Positions 59,446-64,000 of a DNA stretch of 64,000 nt are shown here, piece by piece. Every line of letters begins with the position of its first letter. Within the stretch, counting starts at the first letter, position 1. The translations under genes were made by a program, and so were the position numbers. Source of the DNA: an uncultured Gemmatimonadales bacterium (GTDB lineage Bacteria; Gemmatimonadota; Glassbacteria; GWA2-58-10); assembly GCA_964548275.1 (NCBI GenBank), contig CAZJQI010000015.1:6842-70841 (forward strand). Reading direction: 5' to 3'. Under the pieces are notes generated by a model that did not search any database, had not been told where the DNA came from, and saw nothing but the letters and a program-made list of their open reading frames with translations.

Positions 59446-59888
59446 GGCATTGCTCCTTGGGTTTGTATTATCAAACAGGAATCCGGTATTATTTTTATTA
59501 AATATATCATATTTGCATATTTGAGTGTACCTCGTAAGACCCTTTTGGACAGACTGGAACTGAGATTGATATATAACCCTCTGGTACAAACTAACTAACA
59601 CTTCCTGAGAAATCAAAACGAGAATTCCAATTTTTTGGACTTCAATAGATTTTTTACATGAGTCCATTTTATAGTAGAGTACGAAATGAAAAAAGGGCGT
59701 ATCTTCCTCACTTAAAGAAGACATGACCTTTCTTTATTTACCGGGCCCGACAATACTATTTTAAAAATCTGTAGAAAATTTCGTGCAGGAAATGCTTGAG
59801 CAGATAGATGGTATTTTATCATTAGATACTATTCCTGAGTTCGCTCGATAATAGCTGGACTCATTTTCGGGGGGCAGGTCAACTGAAC

Positions 59889-60761
59889 TCACATATCACC
59901 ATCATATTCTTGAAATATCACATGTCCGCAAGACTTGCAGTGAGATGCATCCCTTTCATGGAAGCGTAATCCGCATTGTGGACAAATAATCTCTTTTTTT
60001 AAAGAAATATAAAACCATTCCTTTACTATCTGGCTTGCATGGTATGGTATTAGAATGATTCCTGAAAGTATCATTATAACAATAGCTGCTCTACCAGTAT
60101 CTGAGACAGGTGTTATGTCCCCAAAGCCTACAGTAGTCAAGGCAACAACGGTAAAATAAAAGGAGTCTCCAAAAGTGCTGATGTTAGGATTAATTGAACT
60201 TTCGACATATAAAAATACTCCAGAAAAAATAAAGAAAATAATTAAAATTGTAAGTATTAGTCTTACAACTTCCAGCATGTGCCGTGATATGCTGCCAAAG
60301 AAAAAATGCTCGTTCGAAGTAAACCTGAGGAATCTGAATATCCTAACAACTCTCACAACTCTTAAGATTCTAAGAATGCGGATATCAAGCTTTAAGCCAA
60401 AAAATGGCATTATGAGGAGGGACAAGGTAGGTAAAATGGCAACGAGGTCAATAACACTGTAAATACGGAAAATGTGCCTTAACCGATCAGGAGCGACATA
60501 TAATCGAATAACATACTCAACTATAAAGAAAAAAACTGTTATAAGTTCGATGTCCCAAAGGAGGTTTCTTGTTTGCTGGGATACTTGATAAGTTTCTAAC
60601 ACAAAAACAAAGCAGATTAGCAGGTTGAGAAAAATAATAAAAACGTCAATTGTCTTTCCTAAAGGTGTTTTACTATGATATAGATGAGACCGGATAGTTT
60701 TGCGAAAAGCATCTTTTCGCGAACCTTGTTTCTTTTCTAGCGGTATTCTTTGATTACTCAT
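59889..60761 (-). CDS. voltage-gated potassium channel (6TM Kv-type) with C-terminal zinc-ribbon
   Basis: S4 sensor RILRILRVVRVVRIFRFLRF. Selectivity filter TTVGFGD. C-terminus CPQCGLRF...CKSCGH. Low-GC gene. Confidence 0.7.
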   Translation of the reverse strand: MSNQRIPLEKKQGSRKDAFRKTIRSHLYHSKTPLGKTIDVFIIFLNLLICFVFVLETYQVSQQTRNLLWDIELITVFFFIVEYVIRLYVAPDRLRHIFRIYSVIDLVAILPTLSLLIMPFFGLKLDIRILRILRVVRVVRIFRFLRFTSNEHFFFGSISRHMLEVVRLILTILIIFFIFSGVFLYVESSINPNISTFGDSFYFTVVALTTVGFGDITPVSDTGRAAIVIMILSGIILIPYHASQIVKEWFYISLKKEIICPQCGLRFHERDASHCKSCGHVIFQEYDGDM

Positions 60762-61040
60762 TGTGATTAATCTGAATATCGTCAGCAGGAGTGGTAGTTC
60801 AGGGTCTCAAATTAAATTACACTTTCGGCGCCGAGATTCAAGTGTGGAAATACTAGTTCATTCCAAAAATAAACCTTCGCTTTTTTCAAGGCAATCTCTC
60901 CACTATTTATGGCGGGCCCGAGGAGACTTGAACTTTTGGTTAGAACGATAGAATGATGCCGAAGATTACGGAACCCTAAAGGAACCCGGTGCAGAAGGTA
61001 AACAGCCTAACCCATTGAGGATTAGGCTGTTATATTTATT

Positions 61041-61127
61041 TGGTGCCGAAGGGGGGACTCGAACCCCCACGGGATTTCTCCCACTGGTCCCTGAAACCAG
61101 CGTGTATACCAATTTCACCACTTCGGC
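61041..61127 (-). tRNA. tRNA-Leu (anticodon CAG), class II with long variable arm
   Basis: Manual fold: acceptor GCCGAAG/CTTCGGC, anticodon stem CTGGT/ACCAG with loop TTCAGGG, T-arm GGGGG-TTCGAGT-CCCCC, discriminator A, CCA encoded. Confidence 0.75.
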
Positions 61128-61401
61128 ACTGAAATAGTATTCAGATAAAACAGATTTAATCCTAACCCTGACGCCAGTATAGGCGACCTTCTTGCTCAGT
61201 ATCGCTCTCGTTTCAAGCGAAATAATAAATAGATATAACAACGTTTATTGTCAAGGTTTTTCCTTGATTTTCAAGGCAGAAAAATCTATCATAAAATACT
61301 TTAAAATAAACTTTCTGGAATCAGTTTCACCAGCTCTTGAAAAATCCCGTTTTCAGGGAAAACTGAACAGCCATTATTCAGGCGTTTGAAGGCGATTAAC
61401 T

Positions 61402-61884
61402 ATGGGTAAAAGCGACTTGCAAAATACCGGCGTAAAATTAGTTTGCCGGAACAGGAAGGCAGGCCACCTGTATTATATATTGGAGGAGTACGAGGCAGGA
61501 ATCGTGCTTACCGGCACAGAGGTGAAATCGCTGCGTGAGGGCCGGGCGAGCCTGCCGGAGAGCTACGCGGAGATCAGGGACGACGAAATTTTCCTGGTCG
61601 GTTGCCATATCAGCGGATATTCAGCCGGCAACCGGTACAATCACGATCCGCTTCGGGACAGAAAGCTCCTGATGAGTAAGAAGGAAATCAGCCGCCTTCA
61701 GGGAAAGGTGCTCGAAAAGGGCCTGACCTTGGTGCCCCTGAGTATCTATTTTCGCCATGGATGGGCCAAAGTAAAAATCGCTCTTGCACGGGGCAAGAAG
61801 GTTTTTGATAAACGGGAAGATCTCAAACGGAAACAGGCCGATCGCGAGGCGGAAAGAGCCTTACGGCGCACCAGCAGCTTTTGA
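61402..61884 (+). CDS. smpB: SsrA-binding protein
   Basis: 160 aa. GIVLTGTEVKSLR and basic C-terminal tail typical of SmpB. Confidence 0.85.
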   Translation: MGKSDLQNTGVKLVCRNRKAGHLYYILEEYEAGIVLTGTEVKSLREGRASLPESYAEIRDDEIFLVGCHISGYSAGNRYNHDPLRDRKLLMSKKEISRLQGKVLEKGLTLVPLSIYFRHGWAKVKIALARGKKVFDKREDLKRKQADREAERALRRTSSF

Positions 61885-61915
61885 GCTGGTTGCAAGAATT
61901 TCAACTGTCTTTGAG

Positions 61916-63142
61916 ATGAAACGATTTTGGAAAATATTGCCTGCATTAACCCTTTGCCTGGTAATACCGGACTTGCTTGGTGCTGGCGGGTTTAGTATCT
62001 TGGACAGGCCGAGAAAAGAGATCAAGGAGCTGTCGCTCCATGCCGGGGAAAAATCCAATTACCTGGACCTCAAGGAAATAGCAGATCTGCTGGGTGGACG
62101 ACTGGAGTGGGAAAGCCCCGGCGAACGGCTGGCCTGGCGCATGGAGGGGCGATCTTTTGTTTTCGAGGACCTGATCGCTTTTTTCACTGTTGATGGCAAA
62201 CCCTATCAATTGGTCGCGCCTTGCATTCTCGATGGCCCCAGATTTCTCATCCCGGCCCAGTTTGCAGTCGAGTACCTGCCGGCCTTGCTCCCGAAACGCT
62301 TTGTCTATAACAAGCTGGATGACCGCCTGGTAGACCGCACAGGGATAACCCAATCCGAACCCTCTGCCAGGCGTGAACAAAAAGGGGTTCAGACCAGAAC
62401 CGTGCCCAGCAGCACCTCGAAAGACGGGATGAGTTACCGGATTAACACGATTGTAATCGATCCAGGCCACGGCGGAAGAGACCCCGGAACCCTGCACCGA
62501 AGGTATAAGCTAAACGAGAAGGATATTGTCCTTGATATCTCGAAAAAGATTGAAAGAAAGCTGAAACAGGAAAGCAAACTCAAGGTAATCCTGACCCGCA
62601 GCAAGGATAACTTTGTCCCCCTTGCAAAAAGAGGACAGATTGCAAATGAAAACGGTGCCGGTCTTTTTGTCAGCATCCATGTAAATTCTGCGAAAAGTTC
62701 AACTCTTAACGGTTCGAGTACTTATTTTCTCGACGCGGCCAAGACCGATGAAGAACGGGCAACCGCGATGCTGGAAAACGCCGCGCTTCAATACGAGATT
62801 AAAGAAACTGATAAGGAAAAGCTTGATGAGGTCAACCTGATTCTTCAGGATATGGCCCAGAATGAATATCTGCGGGAAAGCAAGGACCTGAGCGGATTCA
62901 TCCAGCTCGAGCTGGCCAGGATCAAGGGCCTGAAAGGCCGGGGCTTACGTCAGGCAAATTTTGCCGTACTCAGAGGAACCTATATGCCAGCGGCATTAAT
63001 TGAAACTGCATATATTTCAAATACTTCAGATGAAAAGCAGTTGAACAGCGCGAGATTCCGCACCAGGCTGGCTGAGGCAATCGCCAACGGTATCCTGAAA
63101 TATATTGATCATTATCATAAGAAACTCGCCAGCGGTGCCTGA
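61916..63142 (+). CDS. N-acetylmuramoyl-L-alanine amidase (Amidase_3, AmiC-like) with N-terminal signal and AMIN-like region
   Basis: Internal ATG gives MKRFWKILPALTLCLVI. IVIDPGHGGRDPGT...GAGLFVSIHVNS...TYFLD catalytic motifs. Confidence 0.75.
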   Translation: MKRFWKILPALTLCLVIPDLLGAGGFSILDRPRKEIKELSLHAGEKSNYLDLKEIADLLGGRLEWESPGERLAWRMEGRSFVFEDLIAFFTVDGKPYQLVAPCILDGPRFLIPAQFAVEYLPALLPKRFVYNKLDDRLVDRTGITQSEPSARREQKGVQTRTVPSSTSKDGMSYRINTIVIDPGHGGRDPGTLHRRYKLNEKDIVLDISKKIERKLKQESKLKVILTRSKDNFVPLAKRGQIANENGAGLFVSIHVNSAKSSTLNGSSTYFLDAAKTDEERATAMLENAALQYEIKETDKEKLDEVNLILQDMAQNEYLRESKDLSGFIQLELARIKGLKGRGLRQANFAVLRGTYMPAALIETAYISNTSDEKQLNSARFRTRLAEAIANGILKYIDHYHKKLASGA

Positions 63143-63162
63143 GATACTTGCAGGAGTTTTAA

Positions 63163-64000
63163 ATGTCAAGCAAAACAGCTAAAACCGGGAAAAATACGTG
63201 CTGCTTTCAGGTACCGGGTAGAAAGCTTTACCCGTTTATAGTCCTTGCTCTGGCGGCGGTACTTTGTTGCACCACCTACCGGACCTATAATTCCTTTCAC
63301 TGGGCCAAGGAGTCCTATAAGCAAGGAATGCGCACTAAAGAGGATCAGGAGCGCCAGCGAAGAAGGCGCAATCCGAGTCTTTCCCGCAGTGAAGTTCGAG
63401 GTGTGATGGTGCCCGGAGCACAGTTTTTCGAGGAGGCGGCCAGGAAATGCCTCGCCTTTCTGGCCCAGGCTCCCGAGGGCCGCCGCTCCGATGACGCGCT
63501 GATGCTGATGGGCAAGGCCTTTTTCGAACTCCGCCGCTTCATACAGGCCGAATCCAGCCTTCAAAAACTTCTCGATACACAGAAAAAAAGCAAGTTTCGC
63601 GATGACGCTCAGTACTATTTGATTCTGATCAATCTCGAACAGGACGACCCGTCTCTGGCCGAGCTGGCTATCGAACGCCTCCTGGATGAGTATCCCAAGA
63701 GCAAGTACAGATCCCTGGCTCAGTTCCATCTGGGCCGCACCTATTTCGAACTGGAAAATTACCAACTCGCCTTGGAAGTTTTATCCGGCGTTAGGGACAA
63801 CTACCCCAAATTTAAGCTAAAAGGTGAGGTGCTCTCTTATCTGGCCCGGATTCATTTCGAAGTGGAAGATTTCGAAAAAGCCCTGCCGTTCTATGAAGAG
63901 CTTTATAAGAAAGGAAAGAACAATGACCTGAAGCGCGAAGGCATAATTGGTATGGCCCGCTGCAAATCCCGGCTGGACAAGCACGAGGAAGCACTGCAAC
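63163..64000 (+). CDS. TPR-repeat protein (BamD/YbgF-like), 3'-truncated by window end
   Basis: ATG after a CAGGAG Shine-Dalgarno sequence. N-terminal hydrophobic anchor LYPFIVLALAAVLCC. Repeated A..F.LG..YF..(D/N)Y..A TPR units. Not in the track because no stop lies within the window. Conflicts with track ORF 63166..63765(-). Confidence 0.55.
   Translation, partial: MSSKTAKTGKNTCCFQVPGRKLYPFIVLALAAVLCCTTYRTYNSFHWAKESYKQGMRTKEDQERQRRRRNPSLSRSEVRGVMVPGAQFFEEAARKCLAFLAQAPEGRRSDDALMLMGKAFFELRRFIQAESSLQKLLDTQKKSKFRDDAQYYLILINLEQDDPSLAELAIERLLDEYPKSKYRSLAQFHLGRTYFELENYQLALEVLSGVRDNYPKFKLKGEVLSYLARIHFEVEDFEKALPFYEELYKKGKNNDLKREGIIGMARCKSRLDKHEEALQ

Noticed and set aside
60175-60462. 95 aa plus-strand ORF
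   Set aside because: Internal to the potassium channel gene on the opposite strand; AT-rich low-complexity translation.
60905-60940. tRNA-like 3' end (rc: ...GTTCAAGTCTCCTCGGGCCCGCCA) suggesting a second tRNA or a tmRNA next to smpB
   Set aside because: No complementary 5' acceptor strand and no foldable T-arm; no tmRNA 5' signature found between 60900 and 61400. ssrA is probably elsewhere.
63166-63765. 199 aa minus-strand ORF from the track
   Set aside because: The plus-strand frame has a Shine-Dalgarno sequence, a membrane anchor and clear TPR periodicity and runs off the window, which is why the track missed it.

Overview
This 64 kb window is a chromosomal segment of a Gram-negative bacterium with roughly 55-60% GC, identified as Gram-negative by waaA, an MsbA-like exporter, a TonB-dependent receptor, a TolC-family protein and BamB-like PQQ repeats. 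Lipoprotein-rich content (DUF2723, DUF3108, CarboxypepD_reg-TonB receptor) suggests the FCB group or a candidate phylum, but no marker gene in the window settles it. All coordinates for non-CDS features are approximate (about +/-2 nt); CDS coordinates follow the supplied ORF track, which permits GTG/TTG starts.

Housekeeping and metabolic genes: serA; a sugar-uptake module (Gfo/Idh/MocA oxidoreductase plus two tandem sodium:solute symporters); a lipid-linked glycosylation/LPS cluster (ArnT-like GT83 transferase diverging from msbA-like, a GT2 polyprenyl-phosphate sugar synthase and DUF3108, with a canonical sigma70 promoter between them); a deoxyhypusine-synthase-like gene; an apparent operon RnfB-like polyferredoxin -> queH -> tusA-like -> waaA; biotin genes bioF, bioD, bioC, bioH; tRNA-Leu(CAG); smpB; and an AmiC-like amidase.

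Accessory content:
- A roughly 3.8 kb AT-rich island carries a Type II restriction-modification pair and an NYN nuclease.
- Two tandem TMEM260-like DUF2723+TPR GT-C membrane proteins are separated by long noncoding spacers full of REP-like GTAG...CTAC palindromes.
- Two tandem FGE-sulfatase-domain lipoproteins, plus a third FGE domain fused to dockerin-like repeats.
- A frameshifted lipoprotein gene.
- A MacAB-TolC-type efflux locus with three tandem adaptor lipoproteins.
- A 1096 aa secreted protein combining a methyltransferase-like fold with a PQQ beta-propeller.
- A PL11-like beta-propeller.
- A Kv-type potassium channel with a C-terminal zinc ribbon in an AT-rich patch beside tRNA-Leu.

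Two independent dispersed repeat families with compensatory hairpin substitutions occur in intergenic regions. No CRISPR array, rRNA or transposase gene was seen.
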